From Candidatus Hodarchaeota archaeon (GTDB taxonomy: Archaea > Asgardarchaeota > Heimdallarchaeia > Hodarchaeales > Hodarchaeaceae): DNA of 25,546 bases. The notes under the pieces were generated by a model. It saw only the letters and a program-made list of their open reading frames with translations, ran no database searches and was not told the origin of the DNA. Shown in pieces: positions 1-7,041 of this stretch. How positions within the stretch are numbered: position 1 is the first letter of the stretch; each line of letters begins with the position of its first letter. The translations under genes and the position numbers were made by a program. Where the stretch lies: contig JAEOTQ010000233.1 in the NCBI GenBank assembly GCA_016839785.1, positions 1-25,546 of the forward strand, in the 5' to 3' direction.

Positions 1-110
1 CAAAGAATTTATATCCAGTTATATTGGAAATTCCATCACAGGTAAAAGGTACAAAGGATCCTGTTGCGGAATTAATTAGACAAGCAGTTGGAATCAAATT
101 GGAATTTTAA
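1..110 (+). CDS. atpF: A/V-type ATP synthase subunit F, C-terminal fragment (5' truncated by window edge)
   Basis: Frame 3 reads KNLYPVILEIPSQVKGTKDPVAELIRQAVGIKLEF-stop (TAA 108-110). This matches the P-x-I-x-E-I-P...D-P-x-x-E-L-I-R-x-A-V-G C-terminus of archaeal subunit F. Not in the ORF track. Confidence 0.75.
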   Translation, partial: KNLYPVILEIPSQVKGTKDPVAELIRQAVGIKLEF

Positions 111-117
111 AATTTAT

Positions 118-252
118 GCGGGGGTTTCCCAGCCAGGTCAAAGGCAACGAATTGAAAATATGATGGAATTATACCATTGAAAGCCGACCAAAGGAGCTGG
201 ACTTAGGATCCAGTCGCATAGGCGTTCGTGAGTTCAAATCTCACCCCCCGCA
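118..252 (+). tRNA. tRNA-Leu(TAG) with 50-nt intron in the D-loop (approx. 142-191, position 21/22)
   Basis: Acceptor stem GCGGGGG(118-124)/CCCCCGC(245-251). Anticodon arm CTGGA-CT-TAG-GA-TCCAG (197-213). Long variable arm. T-arm GTGAG-TTCAAAT-CTCAC (228-244). Discriminator A252, no encoded CCA. Removing 142-191 restores the D-arm TCCC-AGCCAGGTCAA-AGGA. Confidence 0.93.
142..191 (+). other. tRNA intron bounded by a bulge-helix-bulge-like motif
   Basis: Central 4-bp helix GGTC(136-139)/GACC(186-189), 3-nt AAA bulges at 140-142 and 190-192, inner helix GGC(143-145)/GCC(183-185). Boundaries inferred from the EndA rule of cutting after the second bulge nucleotide. Confidence 0.85.
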
Positions 253-281
253 TATTTATCCTTGAATTTCAGTGATTTTCT

Positions 282-926
282 ATGGAAGAATTAGAAACAA
301 TATTTAACGAAATTAGCGAGGAATTAACTAAGGCTAATTCTGTTCGTGAAAAAATTTTAACACTCTCTCGATTAGCAATTCAAAAATCGTCAGTTGCAAT
401 AAAGCATTTACATCGCGGTGACCTCCAAAAAGCTGAAAGTTTGATTTCCGAGAACAAAGACCTGATTGTTGAGATAAATGAGTTATCCAATCAGATGGAA
501 CAAGTTCGGTTTGGGATGATTTTAGCCTGTAATCAAGAATATGCGGAGGCTGTTTTTCTTCATTCCTTTCTAACCCAAAAACCTTTTCCTACATATACTG
601 ACTTACAGATTCCATATTTAGGATATATTCATGGAATTACAGATTTTGTAGGGGAATTACGTCGTGTTGTACTAGATTCTTTAAGGAAGGAGGATAATAT
701 TGAGATAGTAGTCAATGCTTTAGAACTGATGGATGATCTATACACGCTATTACTCACAATTGATTTTCCAGATAGTTTAACATATAATCTTCGCAAAAAA
801 ACTGATTTCGTAAGAAATCTTACAGAAAGAACTCGTGGAGATGTCACATTAGCGTTAAATCGTCTCCAATTAGTCGAGACTTTCAAAGAAATTCTTGAAC
901 ATAAATCGACTAAAGACAATAGTTAG
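282..926 (+). CDS. Translin/Trax (C3PO) family protein, probable RNase
   Basis: All-helical 214 aa with QEYAEA and DFVGELRR acidic motifs, an N-terminal R-E-x-I-x-x-L-S-R motif and LRKKTD near the C-terminus, as in archaeal translin-like proteins. Confidence 0.85.
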   Translation: MEELETIFNEISEELTKANSVREKILTLSRLAIQKSSVAIKHLHRGDLQKAESLISENKDLIVEINELSNQMEQVRFGMILACNQEYAEAVFLHSFLTQKPFPTYTDLQIPYLGYIHGITDFVGELRRVVLDSLRKEDNIEIVVNALELMDDLYTLLLTIDFPDSLTYNLRKKTDFVRNLTERTRGDVTLALNRLQLVETFKEILEHKSTKDNS

Positions 927-944
927 CTAATGGAACGAATAAGT

Positions 945-2486
945 TCATTCATTCCTTTTTGCCTTTAACATTCGATAACTAATGATCGGCTCTCTTGCCG
1001 CTTTTACATCATCTATTCTCCCAATAGATGTACTAACTGGTGCTTTCAGTATATCTGTTGTTTTTCCAGAATAAGCTAATTCAGAGATCTTTTTTAAAAC
1101 TTCTATAAAATCATCAATGACTTCTTTGGGTTCAGTTTCCGTTGGTTCTATCATAAGTGCTTCTGGAACAATTAAAGGAAAATATATTGTAGGTGGATGG
1201 AGACCATTATCGAGGAGATACTTTGAGATATCTAGGGCTGTTATCTCGGTTTCTTTGCACAATTTCTTTGCTGAAAGCACAAATTCGTGCATACATGACG
1301 AATTCTCCCCATAAGGTACAGAAAATCCCTTAATTCTAGCACATTGCGTTTTCATATAGTTTGCGTTGAGATTGGCCATTTCTGATACTCGTGTTAATCC
1401 AGCTTGTCCTAACCGGAGAATATAAGAGTAAGCTCGCAGTAGGGTTGAGAAATTTCCAAAATAACTTCTCACTTTTCCAATTGTGTATTTATGGTCATAA
1501 TTGAAAGAATATTTGTCATCTGCAGGGTTGTAGGCAACAGTCGGTACGGGCAAGAATGGTACCAAACGTGAAATTACTCCTACAGGGCCTGCGCCAGGGC
1601 CTCCCCCTCCATGAGGTGTGGCGAAAGTTTTATGAATGTTAAAATGTACAATGTCGAATCCCATATCTCCCGGTCGAACTTTCCCCATAATTGCATTGAA
1701 ATTGGCACCATCATAGTACATTAACCCATCTACACCATGAATAATTTCAGTAATTTCTTTTATATTTGGTTCAAAAATACCTAAAGTATTTGGATTGGTT
1801 AACATCATACCTGCTGTTCTTTCTGTAACAGAAGATTTAAGAGCATCAATATCAACACATCCATCACCATTAGATGGAATTACTATGGTTTTAAACCCAC
1901 ACATGGAAACTGTAGCAGGATTCGTCCCATGAGCACTATCAGGTACTATTATTTCATTTTTTATTACTAGGTTATTTTGAGTTTCATGGTACTTTCTTAG
2001 AATCATTATACCTGTATATTCTCCATGAGCTCCAGCGGCAGGTTGCAGGGTTAAACCAGTCATTCCTGAAAGTTCTGCTAACCAGGATGCTAATTCATAC
2101 ATAACCTGTAGTGATCCCTGAACAGTATCAGCTGGTTGATAAGGGTGAATATTTTGAGCTTGGAGCATTGAAGCTGCCGTATCACATATTTTTGGATTGT
2201 ATTTCATTGTACAGCTTCCAAGAGGATAAAATCCTGAGTCCACTCCATAGTTCATCTGTGATAATCGTGTAAAATGTCGCACTACCTCAAGTTCACTGAC
2301 TTCAGGAAGATTAGGAGAAGATTTTCTAAGTAAATTGTTTGAAATCGTGTTTCTTGCCTTTTCTAATTGCTCTCTTTCTAAAGATGATAATTCGGGGACT
2401 TGATATCCTTGCCTTCCTGGAGTTGATTTGTCAAAAATAAGTGTTTTTGGCCATTTGCTCTGTTTAAACACTTTATTTTCCTCCAT
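945..2486 (-). CDS. gcvPB: Glycine dehydrogenase (decarboxylating) subunit 2
   Basis: YPLGSCTMKYNP, QPAAGAHGE, DSAHGTNPA, MLTNPNTLG and the PLP-lysine motif HFNIHKTFATPHGGGGPG. Start placed at ATG 2486 (MEENK), overlapping the gcvPA end; the ORF track starts at 2534. Confidence 0.96.
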   Translation of the reverse strand: MEENKVFKQSKWPKTLIFDKSTPGRQGYQVPELSSLEREQLEKARNTISNNLLRKSSPNLPEVSELEVVRHFTRLSQMNYGVDSGFYPLGSCTMKYNPKICDTAASMLQAQNIHPYQPADTVQGSLQVMYELASWLAELSGMTGLTLQPAAGAHGEYTGIMILRKYHETQNNLVIKNEIIVPDSAHGTNPATVSMCGFKTIVIPSNGDGCVDIDALKSSVTERTAGMMLTNPNTLGIFEPNIKEITEIIHGVDGLMYYDGANFNAIMGKVRPGDMGFDIVHFNIHKTFATPHGGGGPGAGPVGVISRLVPFLPVPTVAYNPADDKYSFNYDHKYTIGKVRSYFGNFSTLLRAYSYILRLGQAGLTRVSEMANLNANYMKTQCARIKGFSVPYGENSSCMHEFVLSAKKLCKETEITALDISKYLLDNGLHPPTIYFPLIVPEALMIEPTETEPKEVIDDFIEVLKKISELAYSGKTTDILKAPVSTSIGRIDDVKAAREPIISYRMLKAKRNE

Positions 2487-3891
2487 GTGTACTAAAGAAA
2501 TCATCAACAGAATCAAGAAATAGCTTGATATCATTGCTCATCGTCATTTCTGTAACACTTGTCAGATAGCTCGCTCCCAAGGATGGAAAGTCTTTAATTA
2601 GGGAAAGACCAGGCAGGATATTCCTCATTCTCATGAAGTCAGTGAATTCATTCATTAGGGAGGGTGAATTTAATGTAAAGACAAATTCTTTGAAAAAGGG
2701 GCCCGTAAAATGGGGGGAACTGATTTCACTACAGCCAGATAATTGGTTTGCTAAGAGGTGTGCTTTTGCAATGGAAGTCTCTGCTAATGTTTTCAATCCG
2801 TTTGGACCAATTAAACTAAGGTAAACAGTTGAGGCAAGTGCACATAAGGCATTATTTGTACAAATATTTGAAGTGGCTTTTTCTCTTCGAATATGTTGCT
2901 CACGAGTTTGTAAAGTCATTGTAAAAGCTCTTTCGGTAGAATCTTGTTCTGTAGTTAAACCAATTATTCTACCTGGCATTGATCTTACGAGCTTTCTATC
3001 ATTTTTAACAGCAAATAATCCTAATAATGGGCCTCCGAAATTCATGGGAAGACCTAATGATTGTCCGTCTCCAATTGCGATATCCGCCCCTAATTCTCCA
3101 GGTGATTTTAACAATCCTAAGGAAATTGGATCAAAGCCAATAATGAACAATGAATTTTCTTCATGGGCTATTTCTCCAACCTGGACGATTTCCTCCTCAA
3201 TTACTCCCCAGAAATTTGGATTCTCTATATATATTCCGCTAATCTGATTTTTGTTTAATTCTATAATGTTTACTAATTTTTCAATGTCGACTTGACCTGA
3301 TTGTTTATCACAAGGGTAGGTTTCAATTTTTACATCCGGACCAGTTGTGTAAGTCACAAGTGTACTAAATCTTTCTGGTTGAATATACTCTGGAATGAGC
3401 AGTACTCCTTTTTTCGTCGCACGTGTTGCCATTAGGGCTGCTTCTCCTAATGCTGTAGCGAAGTCATACATTGATGAATTTACGAGATCGAGCTTAGTTA
3501 ATTCAGCAATCATTGATTGATATTCCCACAATCCCTGTAGCATGCCCTGTGATACTTCTGGTGCGTAAGGAGTATATGAAGTAATAAATTCTGATCTATT
3601 TACAATTGAAGGAACGACCGACGGAATGAAATGTGAATATATACCTGCGCCTAAGAAAGAGATTAAGCAATCCGTTGTCATATTTTTCTGTAAAACCAAT
3701 TGGATTTTTCGTAAAGTTTCCTGTTCTGAATGGGTTTGAGGGAGGTTCAGTTCTCCTTCAAAACGTAGTTCCTTTGGGATGCCTGAGTAAAGGTTTTCAA
3801 TCGATGAGATATTCATAGTTTTTAACATTGTCTTGATTTGAGATTCGGTTTGAGGCAGAAATGGATGAGTTAAGTGCTGAATAGAATGCAA
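2473..3891 (-). CDS. gcvPA: Glycine dehydrogenase (decarboxylating) subunit 1
   Basis: SFLGAGIY, EFITSYTPY..EVSQG, NSSMYD, FGGP and LQTREQHIRREKATSNICTN. TTG start with SD AGGAGGT about 10 nt upstream. Confidence 0.96.
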   Translation of the reverse strand: MHSIQHLTHPFLPQTESQIKTMLKTMNISSIENLYSGIPKELRFEGELNLPQTHSEQETLRKIQLVLQKNMTTDCLISFLGAGIYSHFIPSVVPSIVNRSEFITSYTPYAPEVSQGMLQGLWEYQSMIAELTKLDLVNSSMYDFATALGEAALMATRATKKGVLLIPEYIQPERFSTLVTYTTGPDVKIETYPCDKQSGQVDIEKLVNIIELNKNQISGIYIENPNFWGVIEEEIVQVGEIAHEENSLFIIGFDPISLGLLKSPGELGADIAIGDGQSLGLPMNFGGPLLGLFAVKNDRKLVRSMPGRIIGLTTEQDSTERAFTMTLQTREQHIRREKATSNICTNNALCALASTVYLSLIGPNGLKTLAETSIAKAHLLANQLSGCSEISSPHFTGPFFKEFVFTLNSPSLMNEFTDFMRMRNILPGLSLIKDFPSLGASYLTSVTEMTMSNDIKLFLDSVDDFFSTHGGK

Positions 3892-3998
3892 ATCAGGGAT
3901 TACCTCCTGAAGTTAGGATCTTTTCATTTTCAGATTAGCTCATTTACCAAATTTAAATCATTTGGCGAAAATGACTAAAAAATAGATATATCTCATCC

Positions 3999-4087
3999 CC
4001 AGCAAATTTTTGCATTGAAATCATATATATAGAAGTCGAACTCTCTTTTGCTGAGTACATACAGAATGAATTATGAAATCAGCAAAT
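3999..4087 (-). promoter_or_regulatory. Putative gcvPA promoter/operator region
   Basis: TATATATA at 4024-4031, palindrome GCAAA-TT-TTTGC at 4002-4013, TGAAATCA at 4016-4023 and 4074-4081, and CAGCAAATT repeated at 4000 and 4080. Confidence 0.4.
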
Positions 4088-4181
4088 TGGATCCCACTTT
4101 GGTGTTATAGAAGGATAAAATTTTCCTAAATCAATTGAATAAGGAATAATCCGATTCTTAGCTCGAAATCGAATTTTTTTT

Positions 4182-4817
4182 TCAACGACGTAGACGTCTG
4201 AGAATGAAAATCGAAATTCCAAACACTAAGATAGGTAAAATATAAGCTAGGTAGATTATGCTATCATCTGGGGGTGCGTAGTTTGCGGGAATTTCTGGAA
4301 GAGTTTTCGATTCCGTCGCAACTTGTTCACCCTTAAGCAGGATGTTAACCGTATTTGATATTATAAATGAGGATAAACCATTTTCAAGCCTAAAGCTTAC
4401 GTTTATTCCTTCCACAGTAAGTGTTTTTGTATCAGAACTGGTCACATTGTATTCTACACGGAATAAATATATCTCGTCAACATCTAGACTTCCAATCGGA
4501 TAGTTCCTTTCGGAGGAATCATTTTCTGTTCCTATATCTGGTACAGAACTTTGGAGTATTTCTAAGTCTGTAGAAATGTCAAAATTCAAGGAGACGTTTG
4601 AAATCTCCTCAAAATGAATATTAGTAATGGATAGACTCATGTTAAAGTGATCATTTTGATACGCGGACTCAGGATTCGCAACCATGTAAAGTTGAAAAGG
4701 ATAGTTATCATTGTCGTGAGGAATACTTTTTGATTGTAAAATTGAACCGTTTACAATTAGTATGAACACTGCGAAAAACAAAAATGCATAGCGTTTAACA
4801 TTAGGGATCTTAGTCAT
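4182..4817 (-). CDS. Type I membrane protein with one Ig-like beta-sandwich (DUF11/BatD/TRAP-beta-like)
   Basis: N-terminal signal-like hydrophobic segment, beta-strand alternating pattern, six N-x-S/T sequons, and a C-terminal TM helix followed by RRLRR. Family assignment is by pattern only. Confidence 0.7.
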   Translation of the reverse strand: MTKIPNVKRYAFLFFAVFILIVNGSILQSKSIPHDNDNYPFQLYMVANPESAYQNDHFNMSLSITNIHFEEISNVSLNFDISTDLEILQSSVPDIGTENDSSERNYPIGSLDVDEIYLFRVEYNVTSSDTKTLTVEGINVSFRLENGLSSFIISNTVNILLKGEQVATESKTLPEIPANYAPPDDSIIYLAYILPILVFGISIFILRRLRR

Positions 4818-5022
4818 TGAAATTTCACCGAAAATATGCCGAGAGATTATCTATCCTCGTTTTAATTCATTCTAAATAGGCTGAATTGGGAAATATTACA
4901 ATAAAAACCGCATATGATTGGATTAAAGTAACTTTCGAGATAGTTATCTCCATATTCAATCTCCTCAAGATCTGCTGAAAAGACTGATTTTATAACAAAT
5001 CCAAATACTTAGGGGTGTAACA

Positions 5023-5547
5023 TTAATATGCAACAGCTGTTCCTTGTAATGCGAGACGAGTAGCCATTTGGAACAATTCTTCAACGTTTTCTCCTTGTAG
5101 TGCACTAGTTTCAAAATAGAAAGCGGAAAATTCTCGTGCAACTAGTCTAGCTTCTTCAGTTGATACTTCACGTCTGTTAACGTCCTTTTTATTTCCCACA
5201 AGGATAAAGGGTGTATTTGGACTATGACGTTTCAATTCTCTAATCCAATGCTTGACATCAAAGAATGAGCCTCTATTCTGAACATCAAAGACGATTAATG
5301 CAACTCGAGCTCCTAGGTAAAAATCACTTCTGATACAGCCAAATCTGGTTTGTCCCGCTAAGTCCCATAAGACTAGCTTGACTGATGTACCCTTCATTAA
5401 AGTCTCGTGAACTTCAATATTCAACCCAACTGTTAAGTTATATTTTCTTGGAATAGATTTCGTCCGGAGATGAGAACATAAGGATGTTTTCCCGACTCTA
5501 CCATCCCCTATTAGAATGAGTTTAGTTGCTACATTATCAATGGCCAA
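5023..5547 (-). CDS. Rab-like small GTPase (Ras superfamily)
   Basis: G1 GDGRVGKTS, G2 Thr (LTVG), G3 WDLAGQ, G4 NKKD, G5 ETSAL. RabF-like segments VGLNI, KLVLW, RFGCI, FYLGA, LIVFDV. TTG start with SD AAAGGAGA at 5562-5555. Confidence 0.92.
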   Translation of the reverse strand: MAIDNVATKLILIGDGRVGKTSLCSHLRTKSIPRKYNLTVGLNIEVHETLMKGTSVKLVLWDLAGQTRFGCIRSDFYLGARVALIVFDVQNRGSFFDVKHWIRELKRHSPNTPFILVGNKKDVNRREVSTEEARLVAREFSAFYFETSALQGENVEELFQMATRLALQGTAVAY

Positions 5548-5716
5548 AACTGTATCTCCTTTGGTCCCTTGAATAATTGTTCCAACCTTGAAATTAAAGG
5601 AACCATGTCACAATCATAATATGAGGTCGAATCCTCAGTGTCTTTTCAACGAAAAGGGCTTAAGTATAACGAAAGGTGATTTATCAACCATAAGGAAAAC
5701 TTGATGGGAAACAACG

Positions 5717-6214
5717 ATGGCAACTTTAGAGCAAAAATATTCACGCCTGAGTAATCATTTTTCAGCTTGTCACTTTTTGATAGGATTTTCAAAGTGTGAT
5801 CGATTGCATGGTCATGATTATTTGGTAAAGTTGAAATTGATGTATCAATCAGAATTTGTTGGTCACTATTTTGATTTCAGAACTGTAAACAATTTGTTGA
5901 ATCAAATAATTAAAGAATTAGACCATAAGATTTTACTACCAGGAGATTCACCAAGTGTAAATATACTACCAATAAGAAATGGTGAAAACTGGTTAGTAAA
6001 GGTCCAAGGAAAGGAATATTCTTTCCCTCAAAAAGACGTGATTATTCTCGATGAAGTGGAACAAACAACTTGTGAGAGTATTGCTGAGTATTTACATCGA
6101 CAGATAACCATAAAATTGAACAAAGCAGATAATTTCAAAGCAGCATCTGGTTTAACAGTGACTCTGAGTGAAACAGAAGGAAATCTAGTCAGTTTTTCTT
6201 CTAAAATTGGTTAA
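5717..6214 (+). CDS. queD: 6-carboxytetrahydropterin synthase / PTPS family
   Basis: FSACH, C-x3-HGH (CDRLHGH), LDH, TTCE and C-terminal SET motifs of T-fold QueD. Confidence 0.85.
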   Translation: MATLEQKYSRLSNHFSACHFLIGFSKCDRLHGHDYLVKLKLMYQSEFVGHYFDFRTVNNLLNQIIKELDHKILLPGDSPSVNILPIRNGENWLVKVQGKEYSFPQKDVIILDEVEQTTCESIAEYLHRQITIKLNKADNFKAASGLTVTLSETEGNLVSFSSKIG

Positions 6215-6226
6215 AAAGGTTTTTTT
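6213..6226. terminator. Possible bidirectional oligo-T terminator between convergent genes
   Basis: AAAAAGGTTTTTTT gives T7 on + after the queD stop and T5 on - after the 41-aa ORF stop. Confidence 0.4.
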
Positions 6227-6350
6227 AGTCCCATCGTTTTCCTGTAATGATCAAATATAACAATGCAAGAATCCCAATTATTAGGAAGCCCCCGAGTACC
6301 ACGACTAATCCGAGTCCGATTAATGATAGTAGAATTGTCACAATATCCAT
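6225..6350 (-). CDS. Small hydrophobic membrane peptide, 41 aa (not in ORF track)
   Basis: MDIVTILLSLIGLGLVVVLGGFLIIGILALLYLIITGKRWD-TAA. ATG start, SD-like GAAGGGGA at 6365-6358 and TATA-like TTTTTATA at 6424-6417. Confidence 0.7.
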   Translation of the reverse strand: MDIVTILLSLIGLGLVVVLGGFLIIGILALLYLIITGKRWD

Positions 6351-6558
6351 TTTACAGTCCCCTTCAAAAGCGGAAACGACAAAATTAATTTTCCAGATGA
6401 TCACAAATTCTCCCGGTATAAAAAAGTTACTGATGAAGAAGTCCGCAGAGTATTAACTGAAGAAAAGAGTGGCTTGAATAATTTCCTTGTAAGGAGAGCA
6501 AAATATTGAATACTTTCTAAGCAATATCACTCTCTGACAAGAGATCTTGTATAAATAA

Positions 6559-7041
6559 TTAAATTGGTGGGTCTTCATATTTTACTAGTTCTGAGACAAT
6601 ATATTTTTCGAGCCTGTCTCGATCCCCTATTGATATAATATATTCTGATTTTAAATCTTCATCTAGATTTGTAGGCCTAATTTTAACTATCCATTGATTG
6701 TATGGTGCATTATTTATCAATTGAGGATCATCAAATACTTTGGAATTGGCTTCGACAATGGATCCAGACACAGGAAATCGCAATTGACCAATAAATTTGT
6801 TCGTTTCTACAGTACCAAATGCTTTTCCTTGGGAAAATGCTTTACCTATAGGACGAGTTCTAATATGGAGAATAGGACCTTGAGATTGTCCAAAATCGTC
6901 AAATCCGACATTTAAATTCTCTCCATCTAGTTTTAACCATATATGACCTGGTTCTTGAGTGAAATAGTATCTATCTAAAGGGAAATGGTAAGTTTTCTTT
7001 TCAGTAGTTATATCTATTGATTTACTTCCCAATTTTGTCAC
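6559..7041 (-). CDS. gcvH: Glycine cleavage H-like lipoyl carrier protein
   Basis: H-x-W, VGFDDFGQ, lipoyl-lysine loop FGTVETNK, PVSGSIVEAN and PQLINNAPY..WIVKI. Confidence 0.85.
   Translation of the reverse strand: MTKLGSKSIDITTEKKTYHFPLDRYYFTQEPGHIWLKLDGENLNVGFDDFGQSQGPILHIRTRPIGKAFSQGKAFGTVETNKFIGQLRFPVSGSIVEANSKVFDDPQLINNAPYNQWIVKIRPTNLDEDLKSEYIISIGDRDRLEKYIVSELVKYEDPPI

Noticed and set aside
3892-4181. Glycine riboswitch upstream of gcvPA
   Set aside because: No GGAGA...CCGAAG...CTCTCAGG aptamer core on the coding strand.
5620-5716. preQ1 riboswitch upstream of queD
   Set aside because: The TGAGG/CCTCA hairpin loop is only 6 nt and lacks the A-rich pseudoknot tail. The repeated AACGAAA(A)GG is better explained as BRE-TATA elements.
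6247-6456. 69-aa + strand ORF
   Set aside because: Antisense shadow of the 41-aa membrane peptide, which has the SD and coherent composition.
6370-6460. Hammerhead core (CTGATGA at 6430, GAAAC upstream) or C/D box sRNA (TGATGA...CTGA)
   Set aside because: Hammerhead stems I-III cannot be formed, and C/D spacing does not fit the two-guide archaeal layout. The region overlaps the likely promoter of the 41-aa gene.
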